Of a stretch of 64,000 nucleotides of DNA, positions 36,258-45,461 are shown piece by piece (within the stretch, counting starts at the first letter, position 1; each line of letters starts with the position of its first letter). The stretch comes from a plasmid: sequence record NZ_CP023779.1; one strand, 5' to 3'. The notes beneath the pieces are model-generated. The model made no database searches and was not told the DNA's origin. It saw only the letters and a list, made by a program, of their open reading frames with translations. A program made the position numbers and the translations under genes.

Positions 36258-36952
36258 GGCTTTGTCCTCGAATCGGTTTCGGGCATGGGATGAAATACGC
36301 CGTTGCGGGCCCGCAGACATTCGAGGGCGCGCCGCACCTGGCGGGCAGGGCTGTAGGTGTCGTAGAACTCGCCGGTTTCCTCGTTGAAAATGCGCGCGTG
36401 AGGTTGGAGGGAAGGCCCGCGTACGAACAGCGTCGTGCACGGCTCGTCTGCGCTGGGGACGTGCACCTGATGAGGGACGCGGGCGGCCAGCGAGCTCGAT
36501 CCGCCAGCCACTCTCACATCGCGACTACGTTCGGTGACAACGGCGCGGCGAGTGAGTTCGGCGCATTCGGTGATCTCGAAGCGCCGCTCGACATACGAGC
36601 CGGTGAGGATGATCGTGCTCATATGCCATTTGTGATAGTGGACTTTCTCAATCGCGTTGCCCGCGATGCATGTCGGCCAGAATCGGTGCAGCCGAACCCG
36701 GAACATATCGTCGGGATGGACGTAGAGGGTGAACTTGTCCATGAGAGTCCGCGGATACTCGGTGTAGGGCTCGAGTGCGCGGTACAGGGGGTCATCGTTG
36801 AGGATTTCGTCGATCCGTTCCGCCACGATGGAGTAGTCGCGGTAGGCACTCTGCAACAACGCCTCCACGGCGGCCGCTTCGGTGTCCATGAATGTTGGTG
36901 AGTTCCAGCTGACATCGCGCGTGAGCGCGGCGACGAATGCATTCCAGCTCAT
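36254..36952 (-). CDS. Cupin-like His-rich protein (possible metal-dependent oxygenase)
   Basis: KVHYHKWHMSTIILTGSYVERRF and HQVHVP His clusters; 232 aa; first gene of the 4-gene coupled operon. Confidence 0.4.
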   Translation of the reverse strand: MSWNAFVAALTRDVSWNSPTFMDTEAAAVEALLQSAYRDYSIVAERIDEILNDDPLYRALEPYTEYPRTLMDKFTLYVHPDDMFRVRLHRFWPTCIAGNAIEKVHYHKWHMSTIILTGSYVERRFEITECAELTRRAVVTERSRDVRVAGGSSSLAARVPHQVHVPSADEPCTTLFVRGPSLQPHARIFNEETGEFYDTYSPARQVRRALECLRARNGVFHPMPETDSRTKP

Positions 36953-37021
36953 AGGGTTTCGCTTTCCTGGTAGAGGTGTTGTGGTTGCGCGGCCTCTCGC
37001 ACTTGGACGGCACTCCAATCG

Positions 37022-37615
37022 TTAGACGGCCTTGGGTCGGCGGAGGCGTTGCAGAACGGCTCGGTTGCGGGTGGCGTCCTGGGTGATCGCCGCGGCCCAT
37101 ACATGGGCGGACACAACACCGGCGTCGAACCGGCCGATCCACTCGTCGATAGAGGCGCTGTCTTCGAGGGTGTCGTCGTGCCAGCTGGTTACGCCCAGCT
37201 CGGGCATGTGTACGTACATGACCGCGTTGTACGACCGACCGCGAGCATCGAAAACCATTGCGGCGCAGAGTTCATCGGCGGTCGGGCGGTCCTTCATCCG
37301 GCCCTCGGCCATAGCGCGTAGCGCGCCTTCCGGCACTTCACCGTTCCCGGTGAACAGTTCGCCTACCATCCAGCAGGCGAGCCCGAACCCCCAGAGCTGA
37401 CGGCCGGGGAGCCGGTTGATCAATCCGGCGGCCGCGTTCAGGATCGGCGACTTCACCGGGTCGGAATCGAGATCGACCACCGTATAGGCGACACCGGAGG
37501 CAGTGTTGGCATCGGTGCAGGCGAGCCCCCACAGGTGCACGGTGCGCGCCGCGCTCGCATCACGAACCATGTCGATGCTGCGCTTGGCCATCATCGCCGG
37601 AAGTATCGCGTCCAT
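37022..37615 (-). CDS. Hypothetical protein
   Basis: ATG at 37615; 197 aa. Confidence 0.45.
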   Translation of the reverse strand: MDAILPAMMAKRSIDMVRDASAARTVHLWGLACTDANTASGVAYTVVDLDSDPVKSPILNAAAGLINRLPGRQLWGFGLACWMVGELFTGNGEVPEGALRAMAEGRMKDRPTADELCAAMVFDARGRSYNAVMYVHMPELGVTSWHDDTLEDSASIDEWIGRFDAGVVSAHVWAAAITQDATRNRAVLQRLRRPKAV

Positions 37616-37740
37616 GATCGTCGACCGGCGCGGGTAGCTCAGGGTGGCTTCGATGGGCGCCCGCTTGCGAGCCGTCCGTCGAGCGCGGCGGTTCTGGTAT
37701 GGCTGGTCCGATCGGTTCGGCACATCGCCTCCTTCGGCGC

Positions 37741-38247
37741 CTACGCCGAGTGGACGGGCCGGGCCCGCCGGCTCGGCACGGCGCACGCATCGACCGCGGC
37801 GAGCACAACGACCCCGGAGGGTCGGTATGCGCCGGTCGGTGCCTGCGACCAGCAGCGGAATCCGCTATGACGGCGAACCGGGGACGGCAACGCGATTTGC
37901 GTACCTGTCCGGGACACAGCTATCTGCATCCGAAACAGGCGCGCGAACGTTGCCGCATCGTCGGGGATGTCCGGCCGGACAAGAAAGGTCCACCGCGATG
38001 AGCGCGGGTGCGAGATGACCGGCCCGAGGCGTTCGCCTTGGCGCTGCAAGTGGAGCCGGACTCGGGCGGCGAGTTCCGCGGGCATGGTGATCGACCCGAG
38101 GCTACTGTTCGCGATCACGATGATGGCTTGCAGCTCCGGTTGTACGTGGGCGTCGAGCTCACATGTCCGCCGGTAATACTCGCACCGCGAGGTGAGGGTA
38201 TCGGCCGGAATGCTCGGCAGAATCGCGGTGACCTCTGCGGCCGTCAC
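37741..38247 (-). CDS. Hypothetical protein
   Basis: GTG at 38247 with CAGGAG RBS. Confidence 0.4.
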   Translation of the reverse strand: MTAAEVTAILPSIPADTLTSRCEYYRRTCELDAHVQPELQAIIVIANSSLGSITMPAELAARVRLHLQRQGERLGPVISHPRSSRWTFLVRPDIPDDAATFARLFRMQIAVSRTGTQIALPSPVRRHSGFRCWSQAPTGAYRPSGVVVLAAVDACAVPSRRARPVHSA

Positions 38248-38320
38248 GACGCGCTCCTGTGGTCGGTAGCGTCCATTCGTAGCTTCATCTCCAATGTTGC
38301 TGTCAGGCAGTAGGTTTCGA

Positions 38321-38587
38321 TCATTCGAAGAGAGCACGATGTAGTTCCGGCGACGGTGTGCAGCGGCCCGCGGAAATGAGGGTCTTCCACGCCTCACGGA
38401 CGCATTCGCAGTCCGCAGGAGTGCAGGTGCAATGCGTCTGCGTGGCGATATGCGCGGACGCGACGGTGAACCCTTGAGCGGGGGCCGGGTGATGAACTCC
38501 GGAATCAGTTGGGCCACAGCGGAACACGGCCGCGATCAGGCCACCAATCAGGGCCGAGAAACCAATCGCGAGCGCGGGCCAAGGCAT
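38321..38587 (-). CDS. Small membrane-anchored Cys-rich protein
   Basis: N-terminal TM (ALAIGFSALIGGLIAAVF) then CTCTPADCEC. Confidence 0.3.
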   Translation of the reverse strand: MPWPALAIGFSALIGGLIAAVFRCGPTDSGVHHPAPAQGFTVASAHIATQTHCTCTPADCECVREAWKTLISAGRCTPSPELHRALFE

Positions 38588-38595
38588 GATCCGAC

Positions 38596-38889
38596 CTAAT
38601 CTTCGGTGTCCTGCTGACCGAATCCGTAGGCCATGGCCGCGAGGAACGGGCGGCAGCCGGGGCCGTGGCCTGCGTGAGTCTTGTAGACGAATTCGGCCTC
38701 AGCACCGCTCGCGAACCCACCGGGATCGGTGTTGCAGTCGCGATAGACCGCCAAGCAAAGATCACTGTCGATCCCGCCGTTCACCGATGCCTCCAGACGC
38801 GCGATCGTCGAGTGGAACGGTGCGCTCGGTGCCGAGGACGCTGCGCGGGCCGCGGGCGCGTATCCGAGTGAGGTGCAGAGCTCTCCCAA
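38596..38889 (-). CDS. Hypothetical small protein
   Basis: 97 aa ORF with ATG start. Confidence 0.3.
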   Translation of the reverse strand: MGELCTSLGYAPAARAASSAPSAPFHSTIARLEASVNGGIDSDLCLAVYRDCNTDPGGFASGAEAEFVYKTHAGHGPGCRPFLAAMAYGFGQQDTED

Positions 38890-39092
38890 ACCTGCCTCAG
38901 CTCCATCCGCCGCTGCGGGGCGTCGTGCTCATCGCGAGGGGAAGATGAGCAATGAACTCAGCACCGAGTGCACTGGATCACAGCTTGGCAGGCTCAGGGA
39001 CAGGCTTTGTTCGCCAGACGAACACATGCAATGCCAGAATCTGCGCATACCATGGGGAGTGGCCACCCCGCTGTTCCGAAGGGGAACTCACC

Positions 39093-40331
39093 ATGATCGA
39101 AACCGAAGATCGCTACATCGGCCGCCAGGTCGCCACACTCCGCAACCGCCGAGGAATGACTCAGCAGGTCCTTGCCGACCTCCTGGGTATCAGTCGATCG
39201 CAACTCGCGAAATACGAATCCGGCCTGCAACCACTCGACTCTCGCAAGATGCTGTATGCCATCGCGGAGGCGTTGCAAGTCTCGATCGCTGATCTGACGG
39301 GACACGCGGAGGACAAGCACCTGTCGTCCGCTTCGGTCTTCCACGCTGCTGTTCCGCGCATCGAAGCCGCGCTGCTGTCGGCGGGACATGTGGACGATGT
39401 TCGGGCGCCGGCCACGGTGGCTGTGCTCGCTCAGACCGCCGATCTCGCACTCGATCTGCGGATGGCGGGTGACCTGTCGAAACTTGGTTCGCTGCTGCCT
39501 GACCTGATCACCGATTGCTACCGGCGGACAGTTGACGGACCGGAACCCGACCGAAACGTCGCGTGGTCGGCACTGGCTCGAGCAGCGTTCGCGACGGCTC
39601 TAGCCAGCAAAGGACTGGGCTACACGTCGCTCGCTTGGAACGCCGCACGAGTAACCGCCGAAGCAGCAGGCATCATCGGCGACAAAGTCGCGCTGGCGGC
39701 TTCTGAATTCGTCTCATCACAAGTACTGCTCGCGATGCCCGGTAGCCTTCCTGCGGCACTGGGGCGGATCCAGGCCGCCACCGACCGGATGCAGACCGAC
39801 CTGAGCGGCACACCGGAGGGCCTCCAACTGTATGGAATGTTGAACTTGCAGGGCGCTCTCACTTCGGCGGCATTGGGTCGCGACTCGGCCGACCATCTCG
39901 CCGAGGCACGGGAAACAGCATCTCGCACAGGGGAATCCGACGAATCTGCTTTCCGTCTGGATTTTGGCCCATCCAATGCCGCCATCTGGGGGATGTCGGT
40001 CGCGCTCGAAGAAGGCCGAGGCGGCGCGGCCGTTGCACTCGCCACTGAAGTCGATCCGACTGCCATCGGCACCGCTGAACGGCAGGCGCGTTTCTTCATC
40101 GAGCAGGGTCGCGGACATGCGATGGAGGGCCAATATGCTGAAGCAATGGCGGCTCTCCTGCGTGCGGAGACCATAGCTCCGCAGTACGTTCGCTCACGTG
40201 TTGTTGTTCGTGAACTCGTTGGCTACATGCTGCGGAAGGCTCGCCGCGATCTCACCGCCGGGGAACTCGGCAAGCTGGCCCAGCGCGTAGGGGCCATTCC
40301 CGCTCCGGCCGGTTTGTCGCACCTGTCCTAA
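39093..40331 (+). CDS. XRE-family HTH regulator with a large TPR-like C-terminal domain
   Basis: IGRQVATLRNRRGMTQQVLADLLGISRSQLAKYESG HTH_XRE; RBS GAAGGGGAA before the ATG at 39093; ~370-aa helical C-terminal domain. Confidence 0.7.
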   Translation: MIETEDRYIGRQVATLRNRRGMTQQVLADLLGISRSQLAKYESGLQPLDSRKMLYAIAEALQVSIADLTGHAEDKHLSSASVFHAAVPRIEAALLSAGHVDDVRAPATVAVLAQTADLALDLRMAGDLSKLGSLLPDLITDCYRRTVDGPEPDRNVAWSALARAAFATALASKGLGYTSLAWNAARVTAEAAGIIGDKVALAASEFVSSQVLLAMPGSLPAALGRIQAATDRMQTDLSGTPEGLQLYGMLNLQGALTSAALGRDSADHLAEARETASRTGESDESAFRLDFGPSNAAIWGMSVALEEGRGGAAVALATEVDPTAIGTAERQARFFIEQGRGHAMEGQYAEAMAALLRAETIAPQYVRSRVVVRELVGYMLRKARRDLTAGELGKLAQRVGAIPAPAGLSHLS

Positions 40332-40345
40332 ATCCAGAGAGCTCC

Positions 40346-40394
40346 CGGGAACCGCTAGGTAGGTCGATTCCCTCCCGCCACCTAGCGGTTCCCG
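40346..40394. terminator. Hairpin between convergent genes (bidirectional terminator candidate)
   Basis: CCGGGAACCGCTAGGT ... ACCTAGCGGTTCCCG, 15-bp arms with 19-nt loop; the same GGGAACCGCTAGGT motif occurs at 8771. Confidence 0.45.
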
Positions 40395-40428
40395 TCTGTC
40401 TACGCCATGGCTGGCTGTCCCTGCTGAT

Positions 40429-42117
40429 TTATCGAACGGCTCGGACAGGTACCTTGACCTGTTCTGCGGCGGCCGCGATGGCCTTGATCGTTTTGTGGTG
40501 AACTCCGCCGGTGTACGAGTTGGGTGCGGTCGCTCGGGTGATCGCGGCGTGCGATTCGCCTTCGTCGAGCATCCGAAGAACGGTGGTGATCTGCTCGACC
40601 GTGGGTTTTGTGACCAGTCCGGCGGCGCGGATCCGGCCCGCGAGCACCTCGTACTGATCGGGTCCGTTCTCGTCGGCGCGAGATGCGGGCAGGGCTCGCA
40701 CTACCGCACTCGCACCGGCGGCGCCGCTCGCATTGCTCGCACTTGGGGTCGCACTCGGTGCGGGCGGTGCGGGCCGACGCGACCTCGCATCGGCAAGTGC
40801 GGGCTCCTGCGCGGCCTGGGCCGGTGCTAGGTCGACGTGGTGCGAGGCCGCGCTCGCACCGGTGCTGAGTGCGAGGCTGGTGCCCGCGGCGGACGGTGCG
40901 AGGGCTTCCTCGGTCGGCGTGGGTGCGGCGGCGGCCGGTGCGGGGGCCGCGGAGTGGTCTTCGAACGGGCCCGCATCGGGGCTCGCACCGGCGGGTGCGG
41001 TGGGGGCGGCGGTCTCGTGGTTGTCCTGGTCAGCTGCGGTGCGAGCTGGTGCGTCGGCCGCCTGGTCGTTGCGCTCGGGTTCGGGCTCGACTGGTGCGGG
41101 CGCAGCGGCGGCCGGGCTCGCATTCGGGCTCGCACCGGTGGGTGCGGGCTGTGCGGGCGTGGCCGGTGCGAGGGGTACTTCGGGAACTGCGAGGTGCGGG
41201 GTGCGGGGTGCGAGGGCTGCCGTTGGTGCGAGGGTGTTGTGGTGCGAGGTCAGGCTCGCACCGGCGAGTGCGGGCTCGCACCTGTCGGCGGCCGCGGCGG
41301 TTGGTGCGAGGCGTTCCAGGGTCGCACTCGCACCGGCCTCGGGAGCGTTAGCGGCGGCCTCGAGGGTTTTGCTGATCAGTCGCGCGTAGCGGTTGGACAA
41401 CCAGGCGTGTAGCCAGATGGCGACGCCGATCATGACCGGGGCGGCGGAGAATTCGAGGCCCTTGCCGAGGTCGCCGGTGAAGTAGTGCGGCCCGGCGTTG
41501 AGTGCGATCGACCCGCCGAGTAGGGCGACTTCGAGCAGGACGATCGTGCCGCGCTCGGTTTCCTCGCCGAGCTCGGCGGCCGTCTGCGAGTGCACCATGA
41601 TCAGGATGAGGGGCACCGAAAACATGGCTTCGATGCCGAAGCTGATCCACCACAGTGGGTTGCTGGTGTCATGGTTGGGCACGAGATTCGATTGCACATT
41701 GATTGCCGCCCAGGTCATTCCGAGCAGCACGACGCCGATGAGTACCCGTGCGGTGACGGTGCTGCGTCGGAAGACCCGGGCCAGCTGCGCGTCCGGGGTC
41801 AGCGCACGGCGGCGCGCGGACAGGGCTCGTTGAAGCCATTGCCGATCCTGGTGGGCGGCCTTGGCCAGCTGGGCGGCGGTGCGCTGTTCGCGGCGCTCGG
41901 CCCGGTCTTCCAGTTTGAGCAGTCGACGGCGGCGCGTACGTTTCTGGTCGCGTTCCCACTCGGCGAGGTCGCGGTCGGCGTCGCGTTCACGCTGCGAGGG
42001 CGCGGTCATGAGCGTGCTCGCGGCCGGTTGACGCAGGAGTTCGGTTACCTTGGCGCTGCGCTCGATCGCCTCGCGCAACGCGGTCGGGTCGCTGACTTCC
42101 GGTTTCTTTCGCAGCAT
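40429..42117 (-). CDS. DUF2637-like 4-TM membrane protein with Ala/Pro-rich low-complexity middle and HTH-like C-terminus
   Basis: ATG at 42117 with AGGA RBS; TM segments (VLIGVVLLGMTWAAI, LWWISFGIEAMFSVPLILIMV, IVLLEVALLGGSIAL, APVMIGVAIWLHAWL); nucleotide micro-repeats at 40840-41340; the 150-aa Arg-rich N-terminal extension was rejected. Confidence 0.55.
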   Translation of the reverse strand: MLRKKPEVSDPTALREAIERSAKVTELLRQPAASTLMTAPSQRERDADRDLAEWERDQKRTRRRRLLKLEDRAERREQRTAAQLAKAAHQDRQWLQRALSARRRALTPDAQLARVFRRSTVTARVLIGVVLLGMTWAAINVQSNLVPNHDTSNPLWWISFGIEAMFSVPLILIMVHSQTAAELGEETERGTIVLLEVALLGGSIALNAGPHYFTGDLGKGLEFSAAPVMIGVAIWLHAWLSNRYARLISKTLEAAANAPEAGASATLERLAPTAAAADRCEPALAGASLTSHHNTLAPTAALAPRTPHLAVPEVPLAPATPAQPAPTGASPNASPAAAAPAPVEPEPERNDQAADAPARTAADQDNHETAAPTAPAGASPDAGPFEDHSAAPAPAAAAPTPTEEALAPSAAGTSLALSTGASAASHHVDLAPAQAAQEPALADARSRRPAPPAPSATPSASNASGAAGASAVVRALPASRADENGPDQYEVLAGRIRAAGLVTKPTVEQITTVLRMLDEGESHAAITRATAPNSYTGGVHHKTIKAIAAAAEQVKVPVRAVR

Positions 42118-42152
42118 GATGTGTCCTGTTCGAGGCAGGGTTGTGCGGCTGA

Positions 42153-43049
42153 TCAGTCGGCCGCGATAGCGGTGCGGACCGATTCGGGGATGTCGGTGTA
42201 GCTGGTGCCGTTCTTGCGGGCGATGCCGCGCAAGGTGTCCTCGAGGTGCTCGCCCTCGACGCCGCTGGCCTTGGCGTCCTGCACCGCGAGCACGGCTTGC
42301 TCGACCCATTCGCGCAGTTTCGCGATGCGGGCCACGAGCGGCAGGAACGTCTGTTCCGCGGTCCTGGCCGCGAGGCGGGCTCGCGCCGGGTCGGCTGATG
42401 CACTCGTGCTGTCCTCGGCCGCGATGGCGTCGCGGACCGATTCGGGGATGTCGGTGTAGGCGGTGCTGTTCTTGCGGGCGATGCCCCGCAAGGTGTCCTC
42501 GAGGTGCTCGCCGGTCACGCCGGCGGTCTTGGCGTCGGCGATGGCCATGACGGCCTGCCCGATCCAATCGTTGAGTTTCGCAATGCGGGCCACGAGCGGC
42601 AAGAACGTCTGTTCCGCGGTCCTGGCCGCGAGTCTCGTCCGCGCTGCGTCGACCGGCCCGCCAGTCCTGCGCGGGCTCGACTCGATCGCCGGGACCTTTG
42701 GCGCGGTCTGCTGCTGCGGTGCGGCCTTGGCTTTCGACTCGTGACGCTTCGGCGACTCCTCGGCGGCAGGAACGCTTTCGGGCCGAGGCGTGGTCGCTGC
42801 TGGAGTCGCAGTCGGTGATTGAGCAACGGTCGGCGTCGACGTGGAAGGCGTCGCTTGCGCCTCTGGTTGGCCCGTAGACGGCTTGGTCTCCGGTTCGGCG
42901 ACTCCGGTACTGCCCGAGCGTTGTTCGGCCGTCTGCGTTCCTTGCTGACCGGGTTGCTTGGGAAGGTTTCCTCGGTTGGCACGAGGGCGGCCACGCTCAG
43001 CAGGGGCGGCCAGTGCCTTGGCGGCTTTTTCAGCATCAATTGTTGACAT
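42153..43049 (-). CDS. Protein with basic disordered N-terminus and two tandem ~85-aa repeats; directly downstream of parA (candidate ParB-like partner)
   Basis: Repeat 1 ARTRLAARTAEQTFLPLVARIAKL...EHLEDTLRGIARKN and repeat 2 nearly identical; 258-bp tandem DNA duplication at 42156-42650. Confidence 0.55.
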   Translation of the reverse strand: MSTIDAEKAAKALAAPAERGRPRANRGNLPKQPGQQGTQTAEQRSGSTGVAEPETKPSTGQPEAQATPSTSTPTVAQSPTATPAATTPRPESVPAAEESPKRHESKAKAAPQQQTAPKVPAIESSPRRTGGPVDAARTRLAARTAEQTFLPLVARIAKLNDWIGQAVMAIADAKTAGVTGEHLEDTLRGIARKNSTAYTDIPESVRDAIAAEDSTSASADPARARLAARTAEQTFLPLVARIAKLREWVEQAVLAVQDAKASGVEGEHLEDTLRGIARKNGTSYTDIPESVRTAIAAD

Positions 43050-43096
43050 CGGGTCTTGGTCTCCTGTGGTTCGGAGTAATCCTGGGCCGGAAAGGA

Positions 43097-43774
43097 TTAC
43101 GTGGTTTCGAGTTCCTCGACTACGGCTTCGTAGCCGAACAGTCGGACAGGCACGGAATGTGCTGCACGAGCGACGAGCGTGTTCTGGCGAATCTGCGCCT
43201 TCATCACCGGAATACCGACCGCTTCCAACATGTCCCTGGCCTGCTTTGCCAGGGCAGTATTCGGGTCAACTCGAACGAGTAGGACACGAGTGTCGATCTT
43301 CCTGCCTTGTTCCTGCTCGATCTCCCCCACTAGGTCGAACGCAGGCATTATTTGCTCGGTAGTGAGATATCCCGGCTCGGTGGGCAGGATTACCACATCG
43401 GCCAGGCGAGCGATCAGTTTCAGGCTTTCAGGGTCGGCAGGTCCCCCATCGACAATCTTCCGGGATGCCGTGCTCCCGTGTATCAGGCCGTACAGATCGT
43501 CTTCGTCCTCTGCACCCTCGACGACGAAGTTATCGGGCCATAGCCGATGGGCAGCACCACCCAGTCCCACACCTTCGTGTGCCTTGTCAGCCCAGCTGAC
43601 CGCCGAATGGTAGCGGTCCCAGGACACCAGGGTGACATCTTCTCCACGGCGTATGTAGGCGTGACCCATCATCATCGCAGCAGTCGTTTTGGTGGTCCCT
43701 CCACCTTTGACGTGAGTACTAGCGATTGTTTTGCCGGAGTCCGGCGGTCTCCATCCGGAGTACTGATCTTCCAT
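43097..43774 (-). CDS. parA: ParA/Soj-family partition ATPase (deviant Walker A)
   Basis: TIASTHVKGGGTTKTTAA deviant Walker A; ~225 aa; ATG at 43774; the ORF-track upstream extension is non-coding. Confidence 0.75.
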   Translation of the reverse strand: MEDQYSGWRPPDSGKTIASTHVKGGGTTKTTAAMMMGHAYIRRGEDVTLVSWDRYHSAVSWADKAHEGVGLGGAAHRLWPDNFVVEGAEDEDDLYGLIHGSTASRKIVDGGPADPESLKLIARLADVVILPTEPGYLTTEQIMPAFDLVGEIEQEQGRKIDTRVLLVRVDPNTALAKQARDMLEAVGIPVMKAQIRQNTLVARAAHSVPVRLFGYEAVVEELETT

Positions 43775-43874
43775 GACCGACCACCGTACTGGACAAGTGT
43801 CGGTGCCGCCCGCTAAAACGCGGCGAGTCGCGGAATGCCGCTGCGTCGCGTGCTCACACGCGCTGGAGCGCATA

Positions 43875-43898
43875 CGCGCGGTACGCGCGTACCGCGCG
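43875..43898. promoter_or_regulatory. Perfect 24-bp palindrome CGCGCGGTACGCGCGTACCGCGCG upstream of parA (operator or centromere-like candidate)
   Basis: Exact inverted symmetry ~100 bp upstream of the parA start; a nearby TCACGTGA palindrome lies at ~43960. Confidence 0.45.
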
Positions 43899-44195
43899 CA
43901 AATACCACACAAGAATTCGATTGTCCATACATAGGCGCCTTTTCGTGTCGCTGCTGGCGATAGTCATCACGTGACAAAAGTGCCGTCCTTGCCGAGGCTA
44001 CGTGAGGTCGAATCTCGACCTGGCCGCCCGTGCTGGGCGGCCGAAATCGGGGCATTCTGCCGGCCCGCGCGCCAGCCGTTCGCGGATGACCAGTGGGAGC
44101 GGGCTGCGCTCCGAGCAACGTACACCCGCCGACCGGTGACGGCCCAGCTTCAGCCCCGGCCCGGCCCGGCGGGGCCGGTCGACTTTCTTGTCCGT

Positions 44196-44272
44196 GAATA
44201 CTTGTCCGACAAGCTAAAAAAATAAAGAAAATAAAGATACGAAAATCGGATACGAAATGATAGAATCGAGGC
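44196..44272. promoter_or_regulatory. AT-rich island with short direct repeats (AATAAAGA x2, GATACGAAA x2)
   Basis: ~77 bp of >75% AT in a 70% GC replicon, between divergent parA and the 44273 gene. Confidence 0.4.
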
Positions 44273-45424
44273 ATGACCAGCGCGAACGGCCCGGCGGCCA
44301 AGGTCGAGCCGAAGATCTGCAAGTACCCGGGGTGCACCCGGCACGCCAAGCCGGGTAAAGGTCGCGGGGCACCGAACGAGTACTGCCACGAGGCCGATCC
44401 CGGGGGCGGCCCGGTCCACAACGGGCCGAATGCCTGGAAGGCGAAGCAGAAGACCGCCGGTGACGGTCCGGCCCCGGACGCGACCGAGCCCGCCGCTCGG
44501 GTGTCGCTTGCGCGGGCCAGTCTCGAGGTGCAGCTCGAGGACATGCGTAACCAGTTCGCAGGCATGGGGGAGCGGCTGACCCAGCTCTCGGAGACGCTGC
44601 GGGTGTCGCGCGACGACGAAGCTCTCGCCGCCGAGCTCAAGCACCGCCAGCAGCAGGCGGACGCCGATGTCGCGGCCGCGAACCTGCGCGCCGACGACGC
44701 CGAGGCCGCGGCTCGCGCGATGCGAGAGGACCTGGAGGACGCGAACGACGCAGCGCGGGAAGCCATCGCCGAGTCGGAAGAGACCGCGGCCGTTGCGCGC
44801 TGGCTCGTCGCGGAAGCCCAGTGGCGCACCGACCGGGCCGAGGCGGCCGCTCGCGCGGCAGAACAGCGGATCAACGAACATCAGGCGCAGGCCGAGGCCG
44901 CAATCGCCACGGCGCGCCGCGAGGCAGACGCGAAGGTCGAACAAGCCAAATCGGAGGCCGCGCAACAGATTCGGGCCGCCTCGGCCGCCGCAGACGAACG
45001 GATCGCGGAAGCCGAGGCCCAGGCCGCCGAGGCCGATTCCCGCCGCGCGGCCGCCGAACGGGCGGCCGAGCGCAGCGATCAGGCCCGGCAGGACGCGGTG
45101 GCGGCGGCCGCCGAGGTCAAGCAGACCGCCGAGGATCTGCGCCAGCGGCTCGACCAGCTCCGCGCCGAGCACGATGAGCAGGTGCGGGCGCTGCGGGTCG
45201 ACATCGACGAGCTGCACCACACGCACCGCGCCGAGCTGACCCGCCTCACTGCGGAAGCCCGAGCGGACCGGACCCAGCTGGAGACCAGCTACCGGAGCGA
45301 GCTGGCGCGCGTCCGCGATGAGGCCAACGCGCGGGTAGCGGCCGCCGAGGAAGCGCTCGCGCACGCGCGGCGAGCACCCGCGACCCGGGCCCGCGGCGGC
45401 GGTCGACGACGACCGGCGGTGTAG
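44273..45424 (+). CDS. Zinc-ribbon plus long coiled-coil protein
   Basis: N-terminal CKYPGCTRHAKPGKGRGAPNEYCHE followed by ~300 aa of Ala/Glu/Arg-rich heptad-like sequence. Confidence 0.55.
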   Translation: MTSANGPAAKVEPKICKYPGCTRHAKPGKGRGAPNEYCHEADPGGGPVHNGPNAWKAKQKTAGDGPAPDATEPAARVSLARASLEVQLEDMRNQFAGMGERLTQLSETLRVSRDDEALAAELKHRQQQADADVAAANLRADDAEAAARAMREDLEDANDAAREAIAESEETAAVARWLVAEAQWRTDRAEAAARAAEQRINEHQAQAEAAIATARREADAKVEQAKSEAAQQIRAASAAADERIAEAEAQAAEADSRRAAAERAAERSDQARQDAVAAAAEVKQTAEDLRQRLDQLRAEHDEQVRALRVDIDELHHTHRAELTRLTAEARADRTQLETSYRSELARVRDEANARVAAAEEALAHARRAPATRARGGGRRRPAV

Positions 45425-45461
45425 CCCAATGCCCCAGGCCCGCAGAAAGGATGGTTCCCCC

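Noticed and set aside
40700-41340. Dense short nucleotide repeats (gctcgcaccggcg-like) that might suggest a repeat array or CRISPR
   Set aside because: They are in-frame codon repeats encoding the Ala/Pro-rich linker of the DUF2637-like protein. No spacer-repeat periodicity.
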